A DNA stretch of 63,894 nucleotides, counting the filler, from Salisapilia sapeloensis CBS 127946 (Eukaryota; Protista; Oomycota): the NCBI GenBank assembly GCA_023334545.1. It is 10 parts of 10 records of this genome, joined end to end, with 100 filler letters (N's around TTAATTAATTAA, not from the genome) between each part and the next. Parts side by side here need not be neighbours in the genome. Positions count along the whole stretch, not along the records: positions 14,745 to 40,459 come from JAADVB010000246.1; 9 more parts are not named here. One strand, 5' to 3'. Of the stretch, positions 30,501 through 38,187 are shown piece by piece. The translations under genes were made by a program, and so were the position numbers. The number at the start of each line of letters is the position of its first letter. Position 1 is the stretch's first letter. A model generated the notes under the pieces. It ran no database searches. It had not been told where the DNA came from and was given only the letters and a program-made list of their open reading frames with translations.

Positions 30501-32559
30501 CGGCTGTCTGTGGTACAAGATGGAGACGCAGGGGAACGAAGGTGCGGACGAAGGGCACTCGTGGGCGTGGTACTGGACGTCGAGTGAGCTGGCAGAGCTG
30601 CTGCTGGTGCGGAGGAACAAGAAGGACATGACGCTGCTGGAGAACGACGCGACGGACCTGTCTGAATACGATCTGTCAGCAGCCGGGCAGGCCTTCACGC
30701 CTCGATCGGAGGACGAAGCTGCTGCCTTGGCCGACTACGAGACGTTCAAGAAACTAGCGACAGTCGGACATTCCACTTCGTCCGACATGCAGCTCGTTCA
30801 AAGACTCAACATGTACTGCGCCGCTCTAGGTGTCGACAGCGCCAACCTCCGGATCTCGGATGTGATGACGCCAGAGGAGATGACCAACGCTTCTGAAGGA
30901 GACGCGAGAGCCCAGTCGCTTGTGTCTGGAGACAACTTTTCCACGCCAGCGCTCAAGCACATGTCTGGTCCTTGTCTACGCGCTCGATGTGCCGTCTTGC
31001 GAGTGGTCAACGCCAAGTTCCAGCGCGTCCTCCCGCTGCTCTGCCTCCGTCCGTCGGACAGCCGAGTGAACGCCATTGACGTGACGTCCAACTCTGCTAG
31101 TGCCAAGGGCGCCGTGGCACCTGTCGCGAGTCCGGCAGAGTACCTCTCCACGAGCCTCAAGCTACGATCTCTCCGTCGTCTGCTCTTCTCGAGCACCAAG
31201 AGAGCCTTCTGGGACGACGTCCTTCGTGCGACGACGACCAGCACGCCTGTGCCGTCGGACGAGTATGAGGATCCGCGGGAGATTCGAGTGATCCGTATCA
31301 ACCGCATCCAGGCGCAACCAGCCAAGCTCAGTCTCATCTCCCAGCCAGGAGATCGACTCCGACGTTCGGTCTTCGGGCAGCTCTATCGCGAGATGCGCGC
31401 CTGGAGCAGCAACGCCTTCCGTCGCGCGTATTGTGGCAAGGGTCATGGAGGACAGCGAAGAGCCTTCAAGGTCAAGTTCTTGGGAGAAGGCGTCAACGAC
31501 TATGGCGGACCGTACAGAGCGGTCTTTGAGCAGATTGTCGATGAGCTCCAGATGGACAATGTCGAGTTGACGAGAGGAGAGCAAGGTCTCCTGCCGCTGC
31601 TGATTCCGTCTCCCAACAGACGAGGAGGCACGGGAAGTAACCAGGACAAGTTCCTCTTGAATCCTTCCTGCGGCACAGCTCTCCATGCGAATGGACCCAT
31701 GGCTCTGGAGCTCTATCGCTTCCTAGGAAAGCTCGTGGGTACGGCTGTGCGTCATGGACTGCAGATCGGGATGGACCTCCCGTCGCTCGTGTGGAGACCG
31801 CTGGCGGGGTTGGATGTATCTCGAGCGCATCTCGAGAGCGTTGACTCTGTCACTGGCAACATTCTGCAGTCGGTGGAAGACGTGAGCAATGGCAAGGGCA
31901 GCGAGGAAGACGTGGCGATGCTAGAGCACCTGACGTTTGCCACGCACTTGAGCGACGGCACGGAAGTCCCCTTGTGTCCGAATGGCGAATCGACGCCTGT
32001 GGCGGAGGACAACGCTGCGGCCTTTGTCCGCCTAGCGGAGAAGGCGCGCTTGACGGAGAGCGTCCAACAGCTCTCGGCTCTGAAAGAAGGACTGGGCGCC
32101 GTCCTTCCTATGGAGCTGGCACCGCTCTTTACGCCACAGGAGCTAGAGGTACTCATCTGCGGTCGACGGGATGTGGATGTCGACCTGCTCCAACAGTGCA
32201 CCGAGTACGGAGACGGGGTGGACGAGAGCATGACGCACGTCCAGACGTTCTGGGAGGTGCTCCGAGAGATGTCGAGTGAAGAGCGAACGTCCTTCCTCCG
32301 CTTCGTCTGGGCACGCAGCCGCATGCCCAACTCGGCCAAGGACTTCCCGATGAACTTTAAGATCCAGTCGGCGCATGACGCGGCCAAGGACCCTGACAAG
32401 TACCTTCCGCACGCCCAGACGTGCTTCTTTGCGCTCCGACTGCCGCAGTACACGACCAAGGCGGCGCTCCGACAGAAGCTCCTATACGCCATCCAGAACA
32501 GTCCGAACATGGACGCCGACGTCCGGCTGCACAACGCCGAAGGGTGGGCAGACGCCTAG
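18586..32559 (+). CDS. Giant HECT E3 ubiquitin ligase (UIM, 3x SPRY, 2x UBA, MIB/HERC2 domain, HECT), intronless, 4657 aa
   Basis: UIM-like DEDALMARAIALSL (about 19810). SPRY domains at about 21310-21790, 26520-27050 and 29570-30100. UBA motifs MMEMGFPKEWCEVAL and LSEMGFPLNWCKKAL (about 26090-26405). MIB/HERC2 motif VGCRVVRGPDWKWRDQDGG (about 28930-29130). HECT with FKVKFLGEGVNDYGGPYR and catalytic PHAQTCFF (Cys codon 32422-32424). ATG 18586 is preferred over GTG 18331. Confidence 0.95.
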   Translation: MSSGANAKQARLTRQASVLNELQESQEKDSLEHRCARLMSELSTLCGDRDNVLTPESLSAFAHVGRPEPVTLEREPERPAPSPSDSVGISRGSLRHHRHEDLLNADAGRRQRVEELTRFFMEAKSDIEFALGGSREFREAREMAEERDDDRETDTGDEDDAENAADDKVADPQRARALHHRRLVKEKIDTRVFTPMLRGIRDSDPALYGAVLCHPLVTGQSASKEKKKKKKRKDRREGKTVEASGSGMLSPDFNAEPLSDDEAVANISRFVARAIADGSTQGLLLASKLVLSWVLEDPKRMKEAANIFAVATHLQVLRGEPAPRMPAKKSSATKESGGKSEETGQAEAEEDTDAKSTSDGADGLDADSDSGSLAKLRARLSRFGDDDEDEDSQDDDGGDDDEGHDEIPDEDALMARAIALSLSPEVSLGQSDAKDAGEEQGTSESKAEESAKPRPAASSPEEMLALGPFALPEEDGVNVSGVTVAMCLITQLNQKCLTYLESCRKGVLPSASPIQPHPLTFMLVNSLLTDVTSELAAGRNAPIPSKASATWKLFAACTRISILRVLEAHLFHIEVAGVSPASVGLGRVSSSSSKKANPLLESLKALVQQQMKLSVPEATSDPVGRIVFARPKDCAPEQLEAAADFYLSSVQEQAAAAWVRGIAHFYSSQQDRYHLLTSMLSDCLQTSASGSRTLTKLQFQQLDLLCARLSLPDMAQHFVPSCSITVDAYGNEVFSQKDTTEVVDDSTLQNRALKAGSAEAEWDPSVVEASLADGSLSLRTLFEFIEGNAPGDAVEAMRLDLSSISEEPRSPELLLEAYRKMWEHDRQTEQEALECVRRLPALTDLLRSSLSSGLPHFDWKKDYALVHAPLVPALEKEGAWNARTMLLRALQDLMVQRLGGSKGDEPPALDFDPSRCAETMTLSDDNRTAKQYTAKQWGMSMTTTGCPPNTGVHEWAVHLDRCEKGHVFLGVCTRDASIATYVGGDRHGWGLIGTRALWHNRSKVRGDYGEEFNTGSTVRVRLNTDSGALSFGVDDSDWGIAFDGLTQHGTLYPAIGLYQRDDQVTILPVEQPEEAPVEDGASSSATVVPAVMKPFLHYSGHLLESCTEFLESNEVNDMVSTLSDANDLERLHEATSSHPSLLPLALPLLSSLSLIKNFYGLGSTLAMQFVPWCSKLTQTLDSVTQAVKTLQTSTVDAPSHYDDLSIQVAGEWELKSVAAANIPAQQYRLTLTQNPDGSVFGRSSGSFTSVTLNGIVRGTKICFVETWGQGGTCLVEGRLKSDGSGFSGSYEDAKSRTCGSISGTKVQEEGADKTTVLPYSKSNGLVLLEVVAANLLGYFGSILTKGEKNDLLLSGMKLNAQSTHALASDEVSTSDQDADDDASDDSSDAYEEWICTQLLSGGLPLSSVQSHLKQLLSQAHTLTGLSSDVSLALLETSCKTWESAVTPSSLSAPLPTTGELECTTPGTGLSDHVLQDLIQNRGEAALADQWISKHVGESLVLRRLGEAMKIARRAVCAAMLWHSGYLSLFCKVCGTTPEGGSLLESEMRPHENLMHIWRAAQRVTEWAIRAKNSMGSTYPVVAGLVIRKAEFLLQVEPSAKALAAASAVTALTTADTLQGSAQSAMSSSKSAVYDHAERISSEVLMETSRFLQSSVRVSTLQTRMLRNAARAFLRTMGLLSFRHFVGDAGRGASTKASVKSSLALSTVFQWLTQSTPSRASVLSSSKHSFASVSTREGSTSHYFRGLGGCGKALRSDLREAFEALYGYLSASLSRATWGHDKDLQLTILQSWGVVIEPDDHAFLSRVGIFRVLQRVLDEARAPAAEGEAPAPANDGPEHNFILDSKKKIVQAALKVVHLLAAQVAQAGDASDNLLTSSDLAALPGAAMGSIPLLRKPSGPETLGKSVFHMLFTELKNALLEVQSGADEGREDVAAMEPLDASKDPSVDLSDRSTSGLNDAAEYCYQICSLLYSVSGSPVCRSHLSSSRWLRLLLSLVDVDSTQTRRRVLKLLRRLLPELDPASIRVHVGDIGELEWDSDEDVDVDVDTEEDAASELIRFFIRIIGLKHPPSLAELMLAKAEGVEQSDMETDSPLVLRNTSNVDDLASDVVLLLRSLYKAPKWASYLNEALVKALSTIPREEFGAPTSEDADMETEDKSRETPTLQAYKDRVQTYLNALSSLCVLDGHIEGLHVGATVKIMPRSGSALQEVAFRGAKAVVVSYEPEKSVAEVLLRTRQSADDEKESQQAIAANMLPTRPIRVPIDDLFPVPEIELDVHVFSDQVLESLLVKQVPLFLGEVQKSLEEIQSEDDGNDVHVTADEDSEEDDDMSHDGSSSSPSPGMDMSTEDAVAEDSEAESEMAGTSPRAQGKEDRAQSSADAIGTDPNSILEEADREARLSRMLLCQHGIRAAASFLKDERCASTFIRGVGPAGLIDLLNVAVSETPTAAGISDISTLEESWTVLWSRWQRIRAAYATASDGESKESSTPEQTEEEASGGAPSPMIQQMMEMGFPKEWCEVALARCSHNVEAAINFCFEHSSDMERLLQQHKTLQASRGARSQKKSEAEAISPLLEQLSEMGFPLNWCKKALAANRNNVDAALTWILSNGEALEAEDRREEEAKADGSDDKAAEEEDAAKPEEPLKPNPLRCVSGQASIGERDMMVEGLVGGGFASVGAPDCLVSSGRWYYEATLHTNGCIQIGWADAAFSGAADRGDGVGDGIHSWSYDGWRQQKWHGQSSPWGSKWKNGDVVGCGVDADAGAIIFTLNGKMKSVNMGIAFRAVDFARGLYPCASFNRKEKLQFNLGGSDFTYPPPPGFRPILEAMRTQEQDLPLGFNVIGCRADHLEECIGEESYASDSRYFSRDMHPFLPRGSSSHSRNSGLTTGGSGAKADAVAELRAVPDDRVYMELLLVTRSLAILQARRALLTLLAKWPRDDVGDFTIGSFLRDAQTSVMDGAYSQFLDFVKLLAGLNGHHTYITAPSPPLTLPESDVTHLLDCGATGRCALGLLSSVTRSGIRSALTALAADATGTDVDSASDPLVRVVLESIASEVKRAALRDYARIPWDSSDAAVTASFLQLTAEAGQPWSDKEVLGHPNLFLAEWISNLLTDALTDQEAHVGRKVQVQVRRRLLEAWSEALKSPSMVVKERGATILAGLLQDTLPLEADVVDGDMADVLRSVLDALPMKRLASLSQDRLLKEYANVPVVSKYLQSIVELLSSACLAQKTIGGDLTQVLFDDSATTCAAACKQLEDDLHPLNEAEYRQAEEERAARMMDKADKLQQEEEAKALSAEDARASQDSCMDGTEATNMEIEVSDAEEAPDVTLSSIANMVSEDSDVVAAASAITSARAPATLVRSGKKVESEKSLEELKASFDVMEQALTTDTSMLTEDEEQMLQAAQRGVMGQDHTWKYGNEVGVLSDTQTQMWGGVLTQFKVPVVSDAEAEPELTVGCRVVRGPDWKWRDQDGGDGSVGVVEGVSPWSGVEGEGMSVRWPNDSLYTYRWGADGNYDLVHVDVDEDGNVVKRHPTPRSSSDDTGPFSSELHLGVILHLFSDDTSSSKVSAIFEWPDYNAAAYAVGSKSVDGDLCLQELQLVRGNVDMGWSMRFGTEKWQPGTKFWLHPVKEDESGPVESMAGEFTHEAYRRGQVIQVAGQVQVSRKTLFRLDEHQHHPTLAISDEGMTVTCGGGESRNLVLGTVGFASGVHYWEVRVDQADFGSVFIGVCEKAGPPGSQAALSSRLNRWHGWGFVNFRATFHNSTERIYGDHFNAGDTIGVRLDMDKGKLSFFMDGSKFGEHIVADLGVAFENMKTERASRTLYPCIGMRKAGDRVALNGKWLSKPGVSPRRGLQDALDVGDCLHAWFRACQTDVAGSAVDQEAAAAASTTPVDLPERLLEESYSEWKRWCENKWQRTLIRPRGVLVDLDVSPAACVEVSKAAGLVAPFLAGDRVQMVSKCGREFNQPDEAVVLGVYRGCLWYKMETQGNEGADEGHSWAWYWTSSELAELLLVRRNKKDMTLLENDATDLSEYDLSAAGQAFTPRSEDEAAALADYETFKKLATVGHSTSSDMQLVQRLNMYCAALGVDSANLRISDVMTPEEMTNASEGDARAQSLVSGDNFSTPALKHMSGPCLRARCAVLRVVNAKFQRVLPLLCLRPSDSRVNAIDVTSNSASAKGAVAPVASPAEYLSTSLKLRSLRRLLFSSTKRAFWDDVLRATTTSTPVPSDEYEDPREIRVIRINRIQAQPAKLSLISQPGDRLRRSVFGQLYREMRAWSSNAFRRAYCGKGHGGQRRAFKVKFLGEGVNDYGGPYRAVFEQIVDELQMDNVELTRGEQGLLPLLIPSPNRRGGTGSNQDKFLLNPSCGTALHANGPMALELYRFLGKLVGTAVRHGLQIGMDLPSLVWRPLAGLDVSRAHLESVDSVTGNILQSVEDVSNGKGSEEDVAMLEHLTFATHLSDGTEVPLCPNGESTPVAEDNAAAFVRLAEKARLTESVQQLSALKEGLGAVLPMELAPLFTPQELEVLICGRRDVDVDLLQQCTEYGDGVDESMTHVQTFWEVLREMSSEERTSFLRFVWARSRMPNSAKDFPMNFKIQSAHDAAKDPDKYLPHAQTCFFALRLPQYTTKAALRQKLLYAIQNSPNMDADVRLHNAEGWADA

Positions 32560-32608
32560 TGAACACGAGAATTGCATTTGTTTCTTTCCAACGTCTAGCT
32601 CTTTGGTT

Positions 32609-33337
32609 TTATTCCTTCTTATCTCCGTCCTTATCGTCCGCAGACGCAGCCACGTCCTCGGCCGCCGCGTTCGACGACGCCTCTGGTGGTCGCATGCGCT
32701 GCAGCTTCTCCAGCCACGACGCAGCCGACGCGGGAGACGACGCCGCCGCAGACGGGTCGAACGAACTAGGAGAAGAGCGCTGCTGAGGCGTGTACGTGAA
32801 CAGCTCTTCCGACAGCTTACTCTCGACATTGTCCTCCGTCACCCACTCGTCCGTCTGCTCCGACAGGACCTGGACGATGGCTTCCCGACGCTTCGCTTCG
32901 TCCTCCATGTGGGCCTGACGAACGAGCGCCTTCTCGGCAAAGATCTGTCGCACGCGCTCTTCGTGCGCAGCCTTCTCACGCGCCACTTCTTCGGCACGAA
33001 TGGCCTGCTTCTCACGCTTGATGGCCAACCGAGCAGCCTTCTCCTTCATGATTTTCTGTCGCTGAGCCTCAGCGTCTCGAGCCATCTTCTCTTCTCGTCG
33101 CTTCACTTCGTCCATAAAGTCCTTGCGCATGCTCGAGATCTCCGAGCGGTAGGCCGAGCGTGCTTTGATGAACGAGTACGATCCGTCTTCATTCGTGATG
33201 GGGGAAGTGGAAACCTGTGAATTCAATACGATGAGAAGATTGCTTTAGGAATAGTCTTATGGTACATTTACAGCTCGAGAGAGTAGTGTCTTGGACTGCA
33301 TCCGCGCCAACGCGCGTGTGGACATGGCCATCGCCAT
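32609..33337 (-). CDS. Probable mitochondrial ribosomal protein mS26-like
   Basis: Exon 1 (33337-33272) encodes presequence-like MAMAMSTRALARMQSKTLLSRA. A GT-AG intron spans 33271-33215. Exon 2 encodes a long charged helix (YRSEISSMRKDFMDE...) and LSEQTDEWVTEDNVESKL, which resembles the mS26 WITxENLDxKI motif. Confidence 0.65.
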
Positions 33338-33538
33338 AGCTTTCCAGCCTTTTGTTTTGTGTCGATTTGGATGCACTTGTTGGACGGCCCAGCGTTAAAA
33401 TGTGTGACAAGTGTCCAAGGCTTTTTGTACTTCTATTTCAAATATACCGGACGATAACGACTGACTAAACCGTATGGTGTCCATAGTAGTTTGACAAGGT
33501 GTCACCAAGCGACAACTAGCTCTAGGATCAGTTCCGAG

Positions 33539-34483
33539 ATGGCGGCGGACGCGAAGGCCAAGGCCATGACCGACAAGGAGATGGAGGCCCATCGGGAGTA
33601 CATGCGCAAATTCCAGAAAAAGACAGAAGACGTGGACGAGACGACCATCAAGTATAAGGATCATTATGAGCTCCTGGGACTGCCTCGAGACGCCTCCCAT
33701 TCAGACGTACGTTCGCCCCGTCGTACGCTCTTTCGACCTTTTACTCATGCGCTTGTGTGTCCAGATCCGAAAGGCATATCGGAAGCTAGCTCTCCAGTTC
33801 CATCCCGACCGGAATTCCTCCGAGGAGGCACAGGAGCGATGGGACGGCATACCAGGTACGTCTAACGAAAATGACTGTCTTAGAGCTCATCTAACTTTGT
33901 ACCTATCACAGCGGCGTATGCAGTGCTGTCGAGTCCGAATGAAAGGATGGAGTATGACGCCACTCTGCCAACGAGAGACGCACTCGTGGCCTTCTACCGA
34001 GCGTACAATCCGGCCAAGCTGGACAACGCGACGATTCAGACGATCATCGACGGGTGGTACGGTCGAGAGGTCGAGCTCTTCCGGATGCTCAAAGCCAAGT
34101 ACGAGATCAACTCTCATGAAGGAGCAGACACGAGTCTCCCAGAGTCCAGGAAGCGACTCTCTTCGGAGCGAGCTCGAACCATCTCGGAGGACAGCATCCG
34201 ATCCACGACCAAGGCCGCTGGAGACGCAGACATCACGTGGACCGAGAGCATCGGGTCGGTGCTCTGCTGCAGATCGGCTGGCGTGAAGAACTACTTTGAG
34301 GTGGACACCAAGAGTCCAGGCATCGTTCAGAAGAACAACGCGTCGGACACGCCAGGACAGACGATGGACATGGAGGCCAAGACGCCGAGCTACCCTCGAG
34401 CGTACCAGAAGGGTTCGTTAGGCGGAGAGTCGTCTCGAGGGCAAGATAGTAGGGAGGATGAAACGTATGTGGTGAATGTGTAA
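33539..34483 (+). CDS. J-domain (DnaJ/Hsp40) protein, spliced
   Basis: Exons 33539-33706, 33765-33855 and 33912-34483. J-domain KDHYELLGLPRDASHSD|IRKAYRKLALQFHPDRN...AAYAVLSSPNERMEYD has an intact HPD motif. A small helical domain and a low-complexity tail follow. Confidence 0.9.
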
Positions 34484-34604
34484 AGGTGCATGGGTGAATA
34501 CAGTCGTGTTGCATGTCCTGCTGCTCTTGTCGTCCACAAAAGTGAATGGCGAGTGTACATTGTCTTTCGAGGACGCCATCGACCTCGTCGGACGCTCGGA
34601 ACCC

Positions 34605-35945
34605 ATGGTCGACGACGAGCGCGAAGAGTTCCTGCCGTCCGCCCTTCGGCAGGACACGTCCTTCTGCGCTGCAGTCGCTCAGCTCCCACTGCATGCCGCG
34701 CAGCAGTTTCTCCAGTGCTTTGGCTATGCCCAGTCCGTCCGATTGCTCAGCGGCCGAACGTACGAGCAAAGGTGTCATGTCCTCCGCTAGATCGACTAAT
34801 AGACCACTTGTAGCGTCACGATCGGCAAGGAGATTGCGCAGGGCGGATACTCGTTTGTCTACGTTGCGAGAGAACCGCTGACTGGCAACCGATTCGCGCT
34901 CAAGAAGATGCTGTGTCAGACGGAGGAGCAGGTCGCTCAGGCCAAGGAGGAGATCAGTATCCACAAATCCTTTGATCATGACCACTTGATGCCGTTGCTG
35001 GACTATGCTGTCGTCTCGAGCGATAACCAGATGCAGGAGTTCTACCTCCTCTTCCCTCTCATGGAGGTAGGACGCATACTCCGACTGTGCATTTAGACTG
35101 ATGCTGATGGAGGGTGATTAGAACGGATCGTTAAGAAATAGGATGGACGTGGCGCTGCAGCAGGTGAAGCCCATCCCGGAGACAGAGGTGCTAGATCTCT
35201 TCCTGAAAATCTGCCGAGCAGTCGCAGAGCTCCACTCCCACTCGCCCCCACTGGCACATCGAGACATCAAGGTCCTTGTCACTCTTCTTTGGTAGCTGTA
35301 CAAGCTAACGTGTCGACTTGTAGCCGGAGAATGTACTCTTGTCGGAAGACTACGAGCCGATGCTGACGGACTTTGGCTCCGTCACGGACGGCCATGTCAC
35401 CGTCACGAGTCGGCAGGACGCACTCCTGTTGCAGGAGCAAGCGGCGCAGCATAGCTCGATGCCGTATCGAGCACCAGGTACCTTTTTATGCTTGGTATGG
35501 GTGTAGCTTTGCCTGAATGGAGCTTGTCTCGATAGAGCTGTACGACGTGCCGACGAGTGGCAAGGTCACGCCTCGGACCGACGGTGCGTGCATCTGATAC
35601 AACTTGCAATTGTACGTGTACTTATACCTGTCGCCTCTAGTCTGGTCGCTTGGATGTTTACTCTACGCCATGGCGTTTGGCTACTCTCCGTTCGAGTGTA
35701 CGATCCTCGAGTCTGGCGAGGTAAGAGTCACGGAGTGCACTTACTTGGCTGTCATCGGTCCGATCAAGTTTCCTTCTCGTACGATTTACACAGAATCTTT
35801 CATCGAGCTCATTCGGTAGGACAGATAGATATGCTGCTGTCGATGTGACTCATGTGTGGGCTCTAGGTGGATGCTGACGCAGGACGCATCGGCTCGACCG
35901 TCCGTCTTTGACGTCATCGATCGTCTCGATGCACTGCTAGCTTAA
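34605..35945 (+). CDS. STK16: NAK-family Ser/Thr kinase, STK16/MPSK1-like, multi-exon
   Basis: Spliced IAQGGYSFVYV, FALKKMLCQ, AHRDIK|PENVLL, LTDFGS, LLLQEQAAQHSSMPYRAP|ELYDV, TD|VWSLGCLLYAMAFGYSPF, ending DVIDRLDALLA. The activation-segment pattern matches STK16. The start ATG 34605 is inferred. Confidence 0.85.
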
Positions 35946-36111
35946 GTAAATAGTACAAGAGATGGATTTGGAATTGGATTCGAGACTTGCTGTATGGACA
36001 CTTGCAACAATACATGGGGACACACGTGATTAGAAAAACTTATTCCATTGACTTACTGCTGTTCTTCTCTGTCTTGTACGCAAAGACTGTAGAGTGCGAA
36101 CCTGGAGACTT

Positions 36112-36471
36112 TCAAGTAGCCTTTGAAATGACGAGTCTCATGAATGCTGGAGAGCCTTTATATGGGTTCCCTTCGAATGATACCACCAGTATATCGAATT
36201 CTTGTAAATAGACCTTTCGACAGTCAATGGTCTTCCTGTGATGACCGAATTTACGAGGGAGGAGCTCGAGTCTGACCTTTTCCATCATGTCATCTCTGTC
36301 CGTCGTATAATCCACATGATAGTGGCCACTCTTAAGGACCTCAATGTACTTATCATGAACGAGGTTCACACACAGCAAGCCGTGGGGTTTGTCAAGAGTC
36401 CAGTGCACATGAGCTCCTGCTCCTATGTAGGTATTGCGATAGAAGATAGCGATCGAGCTCGTGGACGACAT
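36112..36471 (-). CDS. Small beta-rich protein, C1q/TNF/BclA-C-like pattern, copy A
   Basis: 119-aa ATG ORF, roughly 45 percent identical (hand alignment) to 37822-38187. Shared motifs AGAxVxW, IExxKSGHYxVD and a terminal PAFMRLVIxK strand. The fold assignment is inference. Confidence 0.65.
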   Translation of the reverse strand: MSSTSSIAIFYRNTYIGAGAHVHWTLDKPHGLLCVNLVHDKYIEVLKSGHYHVDYTTDRDDMMEKVRLELLPRKFGHHRKTIDCRKVYLQEFDILVVSFEGNPYKGSPAFMRLVISKAT

Positions 36472-36839
36472 CCTTAGTATGTACTTCTTTCTCGTTTACG
36501 GAAGTGAAGGCGAGTGCGAAGTTTTCGTTATGGGGCGTGAAGGCATTTGCTTGTGCCTTTTGGATCTATGGTGAATTGACATCGCTTTCAATTCCAAATT
36601 GAGCATTGAGAGGAAAAGCTTTAGCGATGGATGTGAACGAAGAAAGGTTTCGAGGAAGCATCCAGAACGCCGTCTAGACGCAGCATATCACTCAATAAAT
36701 GACAGAAACAGCATCCATCAGCCTTGTGGTAAGAACCAGTCTATCGAGAATAAAAGCGGAACCCATCGCGAGCATCGAGCGCACTCAGTGGTGCGATAGA
36801 GGCATGGTATTGTAACGAATAGAATACAGCAATCATTTA

Positions 36840-37600
36840 GGTTGTGTAAGCGCTGAATACCAATTCGGCATAATTGGGATTCACCTTTGGCAATTCTATT
36901 CATAATCGAATGGGGCAATTCTGCGCTCGCTGAGAATAACCCATCTTGCTTCGCCACGTGCCATTGGAAACCCAATGTAGCAGTTCATTTTAACTTCCCG
37001 ACCATAGTTATAATATCAAAATAAGTGTATTGTACTGCCAATGAAGATGGGAATTCATATTTTTGTTTTCTCTCTTGGCCTTTGATGCAAATAGAAGAAA
37101 ATCATCTTCGAGATGACTTCAAGGCATGCCTGGTGCTCGAAATGTGCACATTTGAAAAAGCGCGCGAAAGACTCGGCGAGCTCTTCGCTTTACTTGCGCT
37201 ATTGAGCTCTTCGCTATTATTTTGAAACAGGAAACGTACAGTGTAGACAGAATAATTGATCAATAGATGTGACTCGCAATGTATTATGTCCCACTAAATT
37301 GGCGAAGAGCACAATGTCGCAAGTAATTCGAATGCAGCTTCAACCTGAAGGGCTTCTGAGGATACGCTCGACACCATTCCCCGCCAAGATGTGACAGAAG
37401 AACGGACGATATACGCGGCTAGGAATGGAAAGGTAGACAGCGGCCTGAGAGTAGCATGAAATGCCGAAGAAATAGGCATAATACCGATTACAATCCATCC
37501 ATGGTTGTTTTCATAATGCCTATAATTCCTTGCATAATACCCGATCATCTGCTCAACGAACATACCCGTAGTGGTTTGCCTTGTTACAATCATTACACTT
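36840..37600. repeat. Degenerate interspersed repeat, copy 2 (inverted relative to copies 1 and 3)
   Basis: Reverse complement of shared blocks, for example CATCTTCGAGATGACTTCAAG...CTGGTGCTCGAAATGTGCACATTTGAAAAAG and CATAATGCCTATAATTCCTTGCATAAT. Confidence 0.85.
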
Positions 37601-37821
37601 CAATGTTGCAGCAGCAACACGAAGTGCATTCGATGCTCTTGTTGTATTTAGCTTCATTTACGCAAATCTATCGATAAAGCTTTCGAGTATCCGTATACTT
37701 CGCTTGAAAAACGATATTTTTTGACTACATTTTTCGGAGATATGAAAAACATCCTTCGTGTCCCATATCGACAGCATTTCTATCTTCACGTTCAAAAGAG
37801 AACAAGAAGCGCTTAATAAAG

Positions 37822-38187
37822 ATGGTGCCGTCGGATAAAAGTGTCAGCTTGATTCGAAACCCCAAGATTGAAGCAGGAGCTTATGTATGCTGGACTGTGC
37901 GCAGTAGCCATGATTTTCCCGCCTTTGAGCTCATCGATAGTCAATTCATCGAGATCCGTAAGAGTGGCCATTACATCGTGGATTTGACGACGGATAGTGA
38001 GGATTTAATGGAAAACGCTAAAATCCAGATCCTCGCTCGTAAATTCGTCCATAAAAAGAAGACCATTTGCGTTCGAAAGGTCTTATTGCACAAGCTTGAT
38101 ACCATGGTGGTGTCAATCGGAGAAGACGAAAACGCAAGTAAAGAGCCTCCAGCATTCATGAGACTAGTCATTAAAAAGGTTGTTTAA
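37822..38187 (+). CDS. Small beta-rich protein, C1q/TNF/BclA-C-like pattern, copy B
   Basis: 121-aa ATG ORF, paralog of 36112-36471 in inverted orientation. The flanking DNA is also homologous. Confidence 0.65.
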   Translation: MVPSDKSVSLIRNPKIEAGAYVCWTVRSSHDFPAFELIDSQFIEIRKSGHYIVDLTTDSEDLMENAKIQILARKFVHKKKTICVRKVLLHKLDTMVVSIGEDENASKEPPAFMRLVIKKVV

